Assembly (NCBI RefSeq): GCF_009914755.1
Contig: NC_060925.1
Source of the DNA: the human T2T-CHM13v2.0 reference genome, Homo sapiens
Reading direction: 5' to 3' (one strand)
DNA length: 64,000 nt
Shown here one piece after another: positions 33,658 to 47,671 of this stretch (positions within the stretch are counted from its first letter, which is position 1; every line of letters begins with the position of its first letter). The position numbers and the translations under genes were made by a program. Under the pieces are notes generated by a model. It saw nothing but the letters and a program-made list of their open reading frames with translations. It searched no databases and was not told where the DNA came from.

Positions 33658-33785
33658 GGCTGGGCATGGTAGCTCACACCTATAATCCTAGCACTTTGGG
33701 AGGCCAAGGATGAAGGATCACTTGAGCCCAGGAGCTTGAGACCAGCCTGGGCAACATAGTAAGACCCTGTCTCTATTAAAAAAAA
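33658..33785 (+). mobile_element. FLAM_C / Alu left monomer
   Basis: Single monomer ending CCCTGTCTCTATTAAAAAAAA; degenerate TSD AAAACCCAGTCA/AAAACCTATTCA around monomer plus repeat. Confidence 0.85.
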
Positions 33786-33845
33786 GAAGAAGAAGGAGAA
33801 GAAGGAGGAGAAGAAGAAGAAGGAGAAGAAGAAGGAGAAGATGGA

Positions 33846-33892
<47 letters not shown>

Positions 33893-34057
33893 AGAAGAAG
33901 AAGAAGAAGAAGAAGAAGAAGAAGAAGAAGAAGAAGAAGGAGGAGGAGGAGGAGGAGGAGGAGGAGGAGGAGGAGGAGGAGGAAAGGGGAGGGGGAGGGG
34001 AGCGGGAGGAGAAGGAGGAGATGGAAGAGATGGAGGAGATGGAGGAGAAGGAGAAGA
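33786..34057 (+). repeat. (GAA)n/(GAG)n trinucleotide array with pure (AAG)23 at 33871-33939
   Basis: Counted directly; followed by (GAG)14. Confidence 0.97.
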
Positions 34058-34890
34058 AAAAACCTATTCAGCAGAGAATCCATAGAGGTCAGGCCTTAGC
34101 CACAAGCTGAGCTATCCCTAGCATGAAGGCCAGTTCAGACCAGCCATACCAAAGCTTAAAAACAGGCTTCAAAGGGCTCACACTGACTTGCAAATAACTT
34201 AGGTGCCTGTTAGAACAAAGCCCAGCATTCTTTTAAAGGAAGGCAACAGAATTGAGACTCTCAACAATGTAACATTCACAAAATCTAGCATCCGGTCAAA
34301 ACTTACTATATATACCAAGAAGCAGAAAAATGTGACCCATGGTCAGAAGAAAAATGAGTCAATAGAAGTGTACCCAGAAATAACAGAAATGATGGAACTA
34401 GTACACAAATATGTCAAAATAGTTATCACAAGTATGTTGAAGTATTTATGGGAAAAGATCATCATAATGAGAAGGAAAATTGAAAATATAAAAAAGAATT
34501 AAGTGAAATTTCTAGAGGGGAAAAAAATATAAGTCTAAAATGAAAAATTCATTAAATGGAATTCCCAGGAAATCAGACACTGCAGAAGAAAAGCTCATTG
34601 GCCCTGTAGTTATAGCAATAGAATTTATCTAAAGTGAGGCACAGAGAGAATAAAAAAGCCTGGAGGGAAAAATGAGCAGAGCTTAGTGACCTGAAATAAG
34701 ACATTAAATGGTTTAACATATATGTAATTGAAGTTCAAGAAGGAGAGGGGAAGAGAAAGTAACAGGAAATATATTTGAAGAAATAATGGCTGGAAATATT
34801 CTAAATTTGATAAAAACAATAAACCCACAGATCCCAGAAGCTCAACAAACCCCAATCAGAATAAACATAAAACTCCACACCAAAGTATAT

Positions 34891-35111
34891 CAAGCTCTGC
34901 CTCCCGGGTTCATGCCATTCTCCTGCCTCAGCCTCCCAAGTAGCTGGGACTACAGGCGCCCACCACCAGGCCCAGCTAATTTTTTGTATTTTTAGTAGAG
35001 ACAGGGTTTCACCGTGTTAGCCAGGATGTTCTCCATCTCCTGACCTCGTGATCCACCCGCCTCGGCCTCCCAAAGTGCTGGGATTACAGGCGTGAGCCAC
35101 CACACTCAGCT
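34891..35111 (-). mobile_element. AluY lacking its 3' end and tail
   Basis: Begins abruptly at CAAGCTCTGCCTCCCGGGTTCATGCCATTC; GTGTTAGCCAGGATG. Confidence 0.9.
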
Positions 35112-35656
35112 AGAAAATCTTAAGAGTACACAGGAAAAAAAGACATGTTACATATGGAGAAATTATGACAAAAATTCACAGATTTCTCATCAAAAACTAT
35201 GCAAGCCAGAAGACAATGGAACCTCTGTAAAGTGTTGAAAAAAAAAACTGTCAACCTAGCATTCTACATCCAGCAAAAATACCCTTTAAAAAAAAAAAAG
35301 AGAGAGAGACAGAGAAATAAAAACTCTTTCAGGAAAACAAAAGCTGAGAGAATTTGTCACCAGCAGACCTGCACTACAGGAAATGGTAAAGGAAATTTTT
35401 CAAGTGAAAGATAAATGATACTGGGTGGAAACATGAATCAACACAAAGGGCTAAAGAGTGCCAGAGATGGGAAACATGTCAGTAGATGTAAAAGGTTTCT
35501 CCCTCATTTTTCAACTTCTTAAAAATATACCTATTTAAAGCAAAAATAATATCAGTGTATGGGGGTTTATAAGGTACATAAAAGCAAAATATATTACAAC
35601 AATATCACACAAAATAGAATGGGGAATGGAAGTATTTCTAAGTTTCTTACAACATC

Positions 35657-36308
35657 TGTTGTAGTTTATTTTTGTTGTGTCAATTAAGCTTAGCTACATT
35701 TCTTAGAATTCCTTTCTCTGTATAGTTTTGAATGAGCATGGATCACTAGAGACATTCACACAACATTTGCAAGGTAGAGCAAAGCAGTAGCAGCTTACAT
35801 TTTGTTTTTGTTTTTGTTTTTGTTTTTTTTTAATCTCAGAAAGCTGGGGCAGGGACACCAGGTGCTGTTGCAGCTCACATATACTGGCACTTAACTGCTG
35901 GGTCACCTCATTGTCATGAGGCAGCAGCTGGGCCCACAGCTCTCCCAGTTCCTGCTGGGTCATCCTTCAGTATCCCTGACTCCAGACCAAGTGTGTGTTT
36001 AGCTTCATGATGAAAAGCCTCACCCTCTCTTATAGGCTATGTTATCATTGAAGTTGGCCTCATGGAAGAGGTGAGAGACCACACGCAAGTTCTAGTTTGT
36101 TGCGGCTCTTTTCCTATTCTTTCCCAATTTAAACACATCTCCCCTTCCTAGTTGCCTCCTCTGCACTGTCAGTATAGCAGCACCAGACACATAAAAAATA
36201 GCCTTTTATAGACTGTTTAGCCAACTCCATATCATTGTATAAGGACAAATTCCTATAATAAATCTCTCTCAGCAATTCTGTTTCTCTGATTGAGCCTTGA
36301 CTAACAAA
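35657..36308 (+). mobile_element. ERVL LTR (MLT2/LTR41-like)
   Basis: TGTTGTAGTTTATTTTTGTTGTGTCAA start; AATAAATCTC...TTCTGTTTCTCTG...CCTTGACTAA end. Confidence 0.65.
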
Positions 36309-36344
36309 TATGTAAAATGGCATAATATTTTGTGAACATTATAA

Positions 36345-36536
<192 letters not shown>

Positions 36537-38289
36537 ATCCTAAAGATGCATATCATTAACCCTAAAGCAACCACCAAAAAAAAAAACAAAAAACAAAAAA
36601 CAGTGAAACAGTGAAAATAAAATGGAATCTTTTTTTAAAATAATTAATAAAAAGGAGCCAAGCAAATGGAAATTAAGGAACAAAGAAGATATGGGATAAA
36701 CAGAAGGCAAATGGAAAGATGGAGTATTTAAACCCAATCATATCAATAATTACATTAAAAGCAAATTATCTAAATAGTTACATTTAAAGGTGGAGATTGT
36801 CACATCGGAGTTTAAAAAAAAACAAGACCTAGTTATATGCTGTCTACAAGAAACCCACTTTAAATATAAAGACACAGATGAGTTAAACGTAAAAAGATGA
36901 GAAAGTATATACTAGGAAAACACTAATTTTAAGAAAGCTGGAGTGGCTATAATAACACCAGATATAGTAGACTTAAGAACGAGGGTTATTATCAGAGATT
37001 AAGAAAGACATTTATTAATGAAAAAGGGATCAATTAATCAAGAGGATATAACCCTTCTAAATATGTATGCACCTAATAACAGAGCTTCAAAATACTTGAA
37101 GCAAAAACTGACACACCTGAAAAGAGAAACAGACAAATCCATACTTGGAGTCTGAAATGTCAACATTTCTGTCATTGATAGAACAGGTAGACAGAAAGTC
37201 ACCAAGGATCCAGAAGACTTGAACACTGTCAACCAACTTGAATTAAGTAACATTTATAGAACACCCCACCCAACAACAGAGTACACATTATTTTCAAGGG
37301 CACACAAAGCATCCAACAAGATACGCCAAAGGCTGGGCTGTAAACAAGTCTCAATATATTTCAAAGGACTGAAGTCACCACACTGATTCTGGAGAAGAAA
37401 AAAAAAAAGATAAGAGAATGCACAAGTTCTTTCAACTCAAAGATAGAAAAGAGAAATTTTGTATGTGATGCAAATGAGTCATCTTTGCTGCGGAGGAGTG
37501 ATAGCGATGGATTACTCTAGTGTGCCTTAAGACCTAACTTCTTTCAAACCAGGCCATGAATCAGACAGGACTTCCAGGCCAGAGGAGCACGTCAATGGAG
37601 GACTTTCAAAGAGAAAGCACTGATAATAGTGGCGTTAAAGAAACTGGCCAGTATATAGCCAGTTCCCTGAGTCCTGTGATAAATCCCACTCCTCTACCTC
37701 ATCTTGGGTGTCCCCTGGGCACCTCAGTGTGTCCAAAACCAAACCAACAGCATGTCCCCAGCCTCCCAGAGCCTCCGCCTTTATATAACCTCCTTCTCAA
37801 AACAGTTGTTTATCCTGAATGATCCATCTTAGTTAATGACACCACCCAGAAACTTACAGGTATCCTCAACTCTGCCTCTCCTTCAGTCTCCCCTTGGTTA
37901 GTCAGTCACTGAGCCCTGTGAAGTCTCTCTCTCATTGATCTCTCCAACCCGTCTTCTCTTCCCTCCTCACCGCCACTGCCAAGTCCAAGCCCCTTCTCAT
38001 TTCTCGTCATCTTCTCCAGCCTCCTCATCCCTCCCCGGCAGCTGGTCCTGCCTCCCCACCATGCTCAGCCCCGCTGGCCAATGGACTCTCAACTTTGTTT
38101 TTCAGGTCTTAAAAGTCACACAACAGTACATATATCATGTCAAAAAATGTGTAATACAAGCAAGCAAAACTCAAAATACATTAATAAATAGAAGTAAAAA
38201 CAAATTTTAACTTAAATCAAAAGCCCATCACCATCCAGCAATAACCAATGTTAACATTTTGGATCACCAGACTTCTGACCCTTTCCTAA

Positions 38290-38587
<298 letters not shown>

Positions 38588-38631
38588 ACATTTATGTTTT
38601 TCACCAAATGGGATTATTCCAGACATACAAC

Positions 38632-38736
38632 TAGGGTGACCCAGTTTACCTGGGACTGTCCTGGCTTTTGCACTGAAGCTCCTGTGTTCCAGAAAACCAC
38701 TCAGTCCTGGGCAAACCGGGATGGTTGGTCTCCCTA
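38632..38736. mobile_element. MER81 (hAT-Blackjack MITE)
   Basis: TAGGGTGACC...GGTTGGTCTCCCTA terminal inverted repeats. Confidence 0.8.
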
Positions 38737-39007
38737 CAACTTGTCTGTTTAATAGATTAGCACCTTTTGATGTTAATAATAGACAGCTATGTCTTCATTT
38801 TAATGACTATAGGAATACCAGTGAATATAAATATCTAAGTGGTCTTTTAAAGGTAAAAAACCTGCTCTCTTCCATTTCCATCCCTTCAGGCACCCCATGG
38901 TATTAAGTAGTAAGCTCAAAAGTGGGGCGGAGGGGAATCCAGGGGACGCGTAGGAAAAGCCATCGGCTTAGGGAGAAAGAGTAGCAGAGGTTCTATTTAT
39001 ATGTATT

Positions 39008-39317
<310 letters not shown>

Positions 39318-39527
39318 TAGTGTATATGATACAAGTGTACAGTAGTGCACGTATATAACTTAGTTATAAATAAATCTCCATATAATGGAGGGTTTATTTC
39401 CAGCATGCTTCTAAAGGTTGGAAACACTAGTCCAGCTGATAAAATATTTCCTCTTTAGCAGTCCTGGAATGTCCAGCATAGTCAAGGCTTTGCTTCTCCC
39501 TCCAGTTTCATCTGCCACCTCCCTCAC

Positions 39528-39888
39528 TGATATGGTTTGGCTGTGTCCCCACCCAAATCTCATGTTGAATTGTGGCTCCCATAATTCCCATGTGTTGTGG
39601 GAGGGACCTGGTGGGAGATAATTGAATCACGGAGGTGGCTTCTCTCATAGTGTTCTCGTGATAGTGAATAAGTCTCACGAGATCTGATGATTTTATAAGA
39701 AGAAACCCCTTTGGCTTGGTTTTCATTTTGTCTTGTCTGCTACCATGTAAGACATGCCTTTTGCCTTCTGCCATGATTGTGAGGCCTCCCCAGCCACATA
39801 GAACTGTGAGTCCATTAAACCTCTTTTTCTTTATAAATTACCCAGTCTCGGGTAGTCTTTATCAGCAGCATGAAAACGGAGTAACACA
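39528..39888 (+). mobile_element. THE1B-like solo LTR
   Basis: TGATATGGTTTGGCTGTGTCCCCACCCAAATCTC...CAGCAGCATGAAAACGGAGTAACACA. Confidence 0.92.
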
Positions 39889-40299
39889 CCCATCCCCCAG
39901 CAAGCCGCACCAAACCATATCTGTTCCCTGAATATCCGTATTCTCCCCTCCAAGCCATTCCCCTCCAAGAGGTTCCCATCACCCCACCCCCTTCACCTCC
40001 TGGCTAACCTCCTCAGTTCCTCCACTGCAGCTCACAGGCTAACCCAGGTCAGATATCACCTCTGCCAGGAAGTCTCTCTGGAACACTCCTCCTCTCTAGC
40101 CCAACCCATCCAGGTTAGGTGCCCTTCCTCTGCATTTCCATAGCACCCTGTGCTTACCCGCACCACAACGCTGACCACATGACTTAGTAATTACCTATTT
40201 AACCCTTTGTGACTTCCCCTGATTCGCTGGTGGCCACCCAGCCCAGTGCCTGTCACATAGCCATCTTCTAGCAAATGGTGAAAGAATAAACAAACAATA

Positions 40300-41285
40300 A
40301 TTGCAAACATGTATGTAGCACTTTCCAAATGCCAGACACTGATTACAGATCAGGAAACAGAGGCACGGAGAAGTCAAGGTACTTGTCAGGGTCACAGAAC
40401 TAAATGGCAGAGCTGGGCTTCAAACCCAGGCAAACTGGCTTCAGAGTCCATGCTATCCATCGTTATGCTACGATGTCACTCAGCAGAAGAATGAATGAAT
40501 AAATGAATGAACAAATAAAGAGAGGAATGAAGGAGGGAACAAATGAATGAGCAAAGGAATAATTTAAGTAAAGGAATGCCCAGGGGCCTGGTCCCGGGCT
40601 GCTTTGCAGACATCAACCAATTGCACTGTCTTTAAGTTGCCCTTGTCATTGTCCATCTGATGCCATTTTTCATATTTTAGTTGCTGCCTGTGGAGGCACC
40701 AGAAGTTTGTCCCTCCTCCCCCTTCACCCCTGTACCAGGATCAACCAGATCTCCCTCCCTTCCTAACTCCCCCATTGCAGCTCACAGGGTAATGAGCATC
40801 AGTACTGCAGAATCACTGCATGTTACAGCTGGAAGGTACACTTAGCACTATCCAGTCCAATCTTCCATTTTGTAGATGGAAAAATGGAGGCCCAGAGAGG
40901 CAAAGCAATTTCCCCAAGGTCACACAACAAGTTAGTGGCAGAGTCAAGAGTGGGCCCAGTCTCCTGATTTTCCATCTGTCTCCCTTTACTAAGCTGTCTC
41001 TATTGCTTGAACTTTGCCAATCGAAAGCCATTCGGGGCAAAGTACAACAGATGGGTTTAGTGAGTTCTCAAATGCACTGTTGAGAAAAGTTCCTGGGAAT
41101 AGGGAGGTGAGAAATGCAAGGTCAAGGCCCTGCAATTTCCTCCAGGCAGGGAAATAAATAACCAAAACCATCACTGAGGACTCACCATGTGCTAGATGCT
41201 TCCCTGCATTATCCCATTTCGTCCTCCGACAGATAGTAACTATCCTGGTTTTAGATATGAGCAAATTGAGGTTCAGAGAGGTAAA
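40300..41285 (-). mobile_element. Cluster of MIR/MIR3 relics
   Basis: Several MIR cores, e.g. CCATTTTGTAGATGG...CCCAAGGTCACACA. Confidence 0.7.
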
Positions 41286-41399
41286 CAGAGCGATCAACAC
41301 ATCCCCAGTTTCTTGGCACTGTCCCAGTTCTAAAACTCGAAGTCCCATGTCTCAGGAACCCCTTTAGTCCCAGGCAAACCAGGACAGTGGGTCACCCCC
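41286..41399. mobile_element. MER81 inserted in a MIR
   Basis: GTCCCAGGCAAACCAGGACAGTGGGTCACCC; 8-bp TSD GAGGTAAA/GAGGTAAG. Confidence 0.8.
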
Positions 41400-42536
41400 G
41401 AGGTAAGCAGCCCACCCAGAGGACTGGATCCCAGAGATCCAAGCTCAGACCTCCTGTGGATTTCCATGCCCTTTCTCCTACACCACACTGTACCCTCTGG
41501 GAAAATACATAAACTCTCATGGGAAAAATAAACAGATAAGCAGGTGGGGTCAGGAGTGGGGAGTGGGAAGTGGGCCAGAGGAGGGTGGGCACCAAGAGGC
41601 AGTTCTGAAGTCAGGTCAGCCCTGGGTCACAGCAGCCCAGCCATCTGGGAGGTAGAATGCTACTGGGTGTCGGGCCAGGAGAGGACAAACAAGGTTCTTA
41701 TTCTTCTCTCTTTATCTGGAGGAGTCTGTTTGCGGCAATAACCCTGTTATCTCAGCCAGGTCTCTGGTCTCTTGCCAGGCTGTGACAAGGGGTTTAGGGG
41801 CTGAGGCTCTGACCAAACCAGTCTCCCTGGGACCCTGGCATGCTCTCCCTCCTCGTCTGACAACCTGATCGGGGTCGAGGAGGCATGGTGAGCACCACAG
41901 GGCAGGGGACCCCTGCCCACCCATGGAGGCCACAGGGAGATGAGGACCCCACACTTGGACAGTGGATTTCCCTGTCGTCACGAGGGGATTTGAGAGTAGC
42001 TGACCTCCTGCTAGGAGCCAGACTCCTGACTGCTGTGGTCTCTTTCAACCTTCTCCTCCCTAAAGCACTCAGACAGGCATCCTCACCTCTACCTTACAGA
42101 AGCGGAGGGGATGTCCCTTAGAGAAGTCACATAGCATGTCGGTGACACAGGGCGGCCAGGGCACAGCAGTGATTCCAACTCTCCCTGCCTCCCAAGCCTC
42201 CTCACGAGACTGTCAAACAATGGTGGAGACATAGACTCTGTCTTGGCTGCGTGTCTCTGTGACTTGCTTACCACACCACACCTGCCCAGACACCTCTCCT
42301 GCCCGGACACCTCTCCCACCCTCCTCCACAGGGTGATTTGTCCTCGTCCTAGGACCTCAAGCTTGGCCTCCCCTGACCTTCAGGCTGGGGTGAGTGCCCT
42401 GTCTTAGAACTCATGGTGGCCTCTGCTGGGGCAACCACAGTTCGTGGGGATTGGGGTGTAAAAAGCACCTCCTGACCCCTTCTGCACTAAGACCCCAAGA
42501 GGACAGGAACTGACTCCCTACCCCAGCACTGATATA

Positions 42537-42982
<446 letters not shown>

Positions 42983-43154
42983 TATCTATTTGTTGCACAA
43001 ACAAATAAGTAGATTAATTAATTCATTGCCAAATACTCTTGAGCTCCAATTCAGTCAGGTGGCATCCTGAAGGCAATGGCCCACCTAAAAGTCTCCCAGC
43101 TGCTGCCTCTGTTCCACCCCTCCCCCACCCTCCCACTGGCCTTCCTCCGTCACC

Positions 43155-43270
43155 ACTTGACTCAAAGTGTGGTCCCCAGATCCACAGCACCAGCATCACC
43201 AAGAGCTTGTTGGAAATGGAACAACTCAGTCCCCCCCAGACCCCGGGACCCTTGGCTGAGAGCCTGAAAA
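43155..43270. mobile_element. MER5A fragment
   Basis: CTCAAAGTGTGGTCCCCAG..CAGCACCAGCATCACC. Confidence 0.7.
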
Positions 43271-44759
43271 CTGTTAGAAATCGTGACATACTGTCTTAGG
43301 TGAGCCTTGCTACAAGACCTAAAGTGTGCTGGCGTTATTCACATCGCTACAGATGAAGCTGGGGTTCAGGGAGGGGAGATAGCTTCTCAAGATTAAACAG
43401 CCAGGAAATGGTAGAGGTGGGATTCAAACTTGGGTTTGTCTCTCTTCAAAGCAGATGGAAATTGACGCTGCTATCCATGTGGTGAAAGGAGAGAAACCTG
43501 CATTTACTGAACACCCACAATGTGCCAAGTCCCGTACGACTCTGTCTCATTTCATCTTCCCCACTCCCTTATGAAGTAGGGGATCTCACATTCTCGTTTT
43601 ACAGATGAGACTCCGAGGCGCAGGAAGGGGAGGTGACTTGCCCAAGGTCCACAGCTGGGAAACAGCTGAAATGGGGCGCAAAGCTGGAAGTCTGCTCCCC
43701 AGCCTGGGGAATGGACACCAGGTGACGACATATAGTGCCCTCGCTCGGCAGCAGGCACTGGCTCTCAGGGGACTGCGGGGTCACTGCTTAGCTCACACCT
43801 GTCCTTTCTCTCCCCTGAGAGAGCTTGTGGCCTTGGGCCACATCCATGCTTTCTTTTTCTTCCTAACCCTCAGCCCTCAGCTTAGTCATTCTCCAGCCCT
43901 GATGGAGCACAAATGCATGCTGCTGGTGACGACTGGCTACCAAGGTGGGATGTCACCCTCCCAGCTATTCCCATCACTTGTCCTGGCGGGCGCCAAGAAT
44001 TCCTGAGGTCACCTCAAGGCCCCTTCCTGCATTCCTAGCGTTCTTGTCACAGGGCTCTCCTTTCTGACCCCACATGTGAACCTCCGCTGCAGGCTGGGCT
44101 CACAGGCAAATGCATCACACCGTGGTGACTGGGGCAGGAGAGTGGGATCAGTGATGCCCTGACTGTTCTGGATGTGAGACCTTGGCAGATTCCTTTGCCT
44201 GTCTGAGCCTCAGCTTCTCCATCTCTGAGAGGGGCGGGTAATAATTGGACCTCCCAAGGTGTTTGTAAGGAGCATTCAGGGTGCATGGAAGTGGCTGGGC
44301 CTTCTGTATCTCTCACTGCCAGCAATCAAAACATGGCCCAGGACTGTCTGATGGGTCAGCCAGCGGGACTGGGCAGCACACGAGCATCCATTTGTATGAG
44401 CAGCTCGCAGGGACAGGGGTCACTTGGAAGGAGAGGAGGGAAATGGGATTGGGCCCGGTGTGTGCCACATGAAGAGGTGGCTCTTGGGAGACCCAGGCAG
44501 GGGCTGGGCAGTGCTGCCCAGGGAGGAATATTTGCCCCAAATCTGCAGAGAACACACCTCCATGGCCCCAGGGAGGGAGGGGAGCTTCAGTAAACAGTCT
44601 CTTGGCATGAATCTCCACATTTCCACAGAGGACACCGGCCACAGTGGCCAGACCTGTTTAGTGACCTGAAGGGCAAACAGCATAGAAGAGGAGAGGGGTG
44701 GCCAAAAGAAAGGAGGAGTGGGCAGGGGTCGGTGGTGGTTGTGGCTGGGGTTTGTGAGC

Positions 44760-45310
44760 ACTCAGGACACACTCGACTCTCAGACCTAACCAGGTAAGGT
44801 TTTGCAGAAGCCAGACATGTAGGAGAGCATCTGGCAACCAGATCCACTGAAATTGGGTGGGTGCTATTAACGCAACCCGTTTATAAGTACAGGCTGGGGA
44901 TGGCTGGAGAGACGGGCACCGCATAGAGGAGGCACACACCAGGAGGAGATGGCAAGGGCTCCAGACACGCAGCCACCAGAGCCCGCGTCCAGCCGAGGCT
45001 GGGCGCCCTGCAGCCTGTGTTCAACCACTTACCCTTGTCCAGACCTAGATACAGGGCAAAAAGGCATGCCTATGGGAGCCCCAGTAAAGTCCTTATAAAG
45101 TGAAGACTTCTTGGTGAGTCAGCCCGAGCCAGGCGGGCCCAGCTCATTCATTGCGAAAGTATTTTCTTTTCAGTGCTTTTCTGCAAAGCCTTTCACTGCC
45201 GCGGAGGTGAAGTCATCGGCTGGTAAACGCTCTGCCTTGCGGTAAATTTCCTCTGAACTTTCTGCTTCTGTTTAACTCGCCAAACCTCAAGGCGAGCTGG
45301 CAGTCAGAGT
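44760..45310. promoter_or_regulatory. Candidate enhancer/promoter (repeat-free, CpG-enriched)
   Basis: AGGCATGCCT (45062-71), TATAAA (45094-99), TGAGTCAGC (45115-23), TTGCGAAA (45151-58); motif evidence only. Confidence 0.4.
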
Positions 45311-45561
45311 CGTGCAAAGGTCACTGGGCCGAGTTGGAGGCCTGGGTTTAAATCCCAGCCCAGCCTCTTTCTAGTTTCGGGATCTTGATGGATGTAAGTC
45401 ACATCTTTGGGCTTTAGTTTCTCTGTGTCTAAAATGAAGTCACTACTATCAAAAGTATCCTAAAGAAATACAATGCTACGCACTCATGTAATCAAAAATA
45501 TTTACTGAGTTCTTAGTGAGTGTTAAGTACCATGCCAGAAAATGGAAATTATGGTAAGGAA

Positions 45562-45688
45562 ACACACATACACACACATATGCACATGTACACACATATG
45601 CACATATGCACATACATACACACACATACACATATACAAGCATGTATATGCGACGTGTATACATACATTAGCACAGACACACACACAT
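45562..45688 (+). repeat. (CA/TA/TG)n alternating purine-pyrimidine tract
   Basis: ACACACATACACACACATATGCACATG... Confidence 0.9.
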
Positions 45689-46410
45689 GCTTTCCTGATT
45701 CTTGCCCTCAGACGTTTCATATTCTGGTGGGAAAGACAGACGTGAATCAAATGATCCCATCAGTGAATATTAAAATACAGCTGTGATTAGTGCAGAGCTC
45801 TCTGGTGCTCTAAGAGCTTGCAATGGGGGCTTGAGCCAGTCTGAGGTGAGCAGGGGTGGGACAGGGAAGACTTCCCAGGGCACAAACAGAGTGGGAGATG
45901 GGAAAGACGACCAGCCATCACCCAGGCAGAGAGAAGGGGCAAGCAGAGCCCCTGCAGAACCGTGGCTTATCCCAGGCCAGGAAGGTCAGCTTACCAGGGG
46001 CAGAGCAGTGAGGGGCCAGGAGGACTGCGGACATAGGAAAGATGGGAAGATGACTGAGCTGGCAGCCCTGAGGGCAGCTTCCTGCTCCGATATCCCAGAC
46101 CAGCAGCTCCCAGTGTGATCAAGTGGCTTTGCAGCAAACGTTATGAAACATCAATGGATTAAACTTAATTTGGGGCTAGATGAGACACTATCATATACCT
46201 ACACAAAGAGCAGTGGGTACCGAAAAACTGATCACTGAAAATATTCTACCCATCAGTTTTATTTTTCTGTTATTTGAAAAACAATACCATGGTTGGGTTT
46301 GAGTTAACAGTAAACTTCAGCCCAACACACAGAACAACAGTTTCCCATGGGAGGCCTCCCTGAGCCCAGCTAAACTCAGCACTTGCCTTTCCAGGAAACG
46401 GCATCCGTGA

Positions 46411-46427
46411 GGCCACCAGGGGGTAGC
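46411..46427 (+). promoter_or_regulatory. CTCF-like motif
   Basis: GGCCACCAGGGGGTAGC vs consensus GGCCACCAGGGGGCGC. Confidence 0.4.
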
Positions 46428-46574
46428 CTAGGAGGGGCAGTGGAATTCCTGGACGACTGCTGAAAAGCAAATCACACACTGGCGATGGTGCCTACCCTTT
46501 TGTTCCAGAAGTAGAAGAAAATTCAGGTCCGCGATCCAGACAATATTTGTCTTACAAATATGCTAAATAATGAC

Positions 46575-46872
46575 TTTTTTTTTTTTGAGACACAGTTTCG
46601 CTCTCGTTGCCCAGACTCTTGTTGCCAATGGCGCAATCTCGGCTCACTACAACCTCCGCCTCCCAGGTTCAAGCGATTCTCCTGCCTCAGCCTCCTAGTA
46701 GCTGGGATTACAGGCATCTGCCACCACACCTGGCTACTTTTTTTGTATTTTTAGTAGAGACGTGGTTTCACTATGTTGGCCAGGCTTGTCTTGAGCTCCT
46801 GACCTCAGGTGATCCACCTGCCTCGGCCTCCCAAAGTGCTAGGATTACAGGCATGAGCCACCACGCCCAGCC
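46575..46872 (-). mobile_element. AluS with a small internal duplication
   Basis: TSD AATAATGAC; CTCTCGTTGCC repeated as CTCTTGTTGCC. Confidence 0.92.
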
Positions 46873-47233
46873 AATAATGACCTCTTATTGGGTGGTCCCT
46901 GACTAGTAGCCATCTGTCATCCTGACCCAATAGTGAGCACCAAGAAAACTGAGGCTATGTCACCACTGTATCCCCAGCCTGGTTGGTGTTTGGCACAGAG
47001 GGCCACTCCGAAAATACATAAGGAAAGGAAAATAGGAAAAGGGAGGGGATGGTGTTTGTCATATGGAACTCTGGGAAGTATCATGTCACCGCTTAAACTG
47101 CTACATCAACTTTTACGAATATTAGATATTGAACTACCTAAAGTTTGTATTGCTTTCTTTAAGATCATAGTAGGTTTAGGGATGAGTGATTTAGATAACT
47201 CAGGTCTCTCTCTATATAAAAAGTTGATCTACA

Positions 47234-47671
<438 letters not shown>

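Noticed and set aside
33718-34110. Poly-Leu and poly-Lys/Glu ORFs
   Set aside because: Translations of the GAA/GAG repeat.
44860-45310. Canonical CpG island or coding-gene promoter
   Set aside because: CpGs are enriched but by eye too sparse for an island, and no downstream coding exon is recognisable; kept only as a regulatory candidate.
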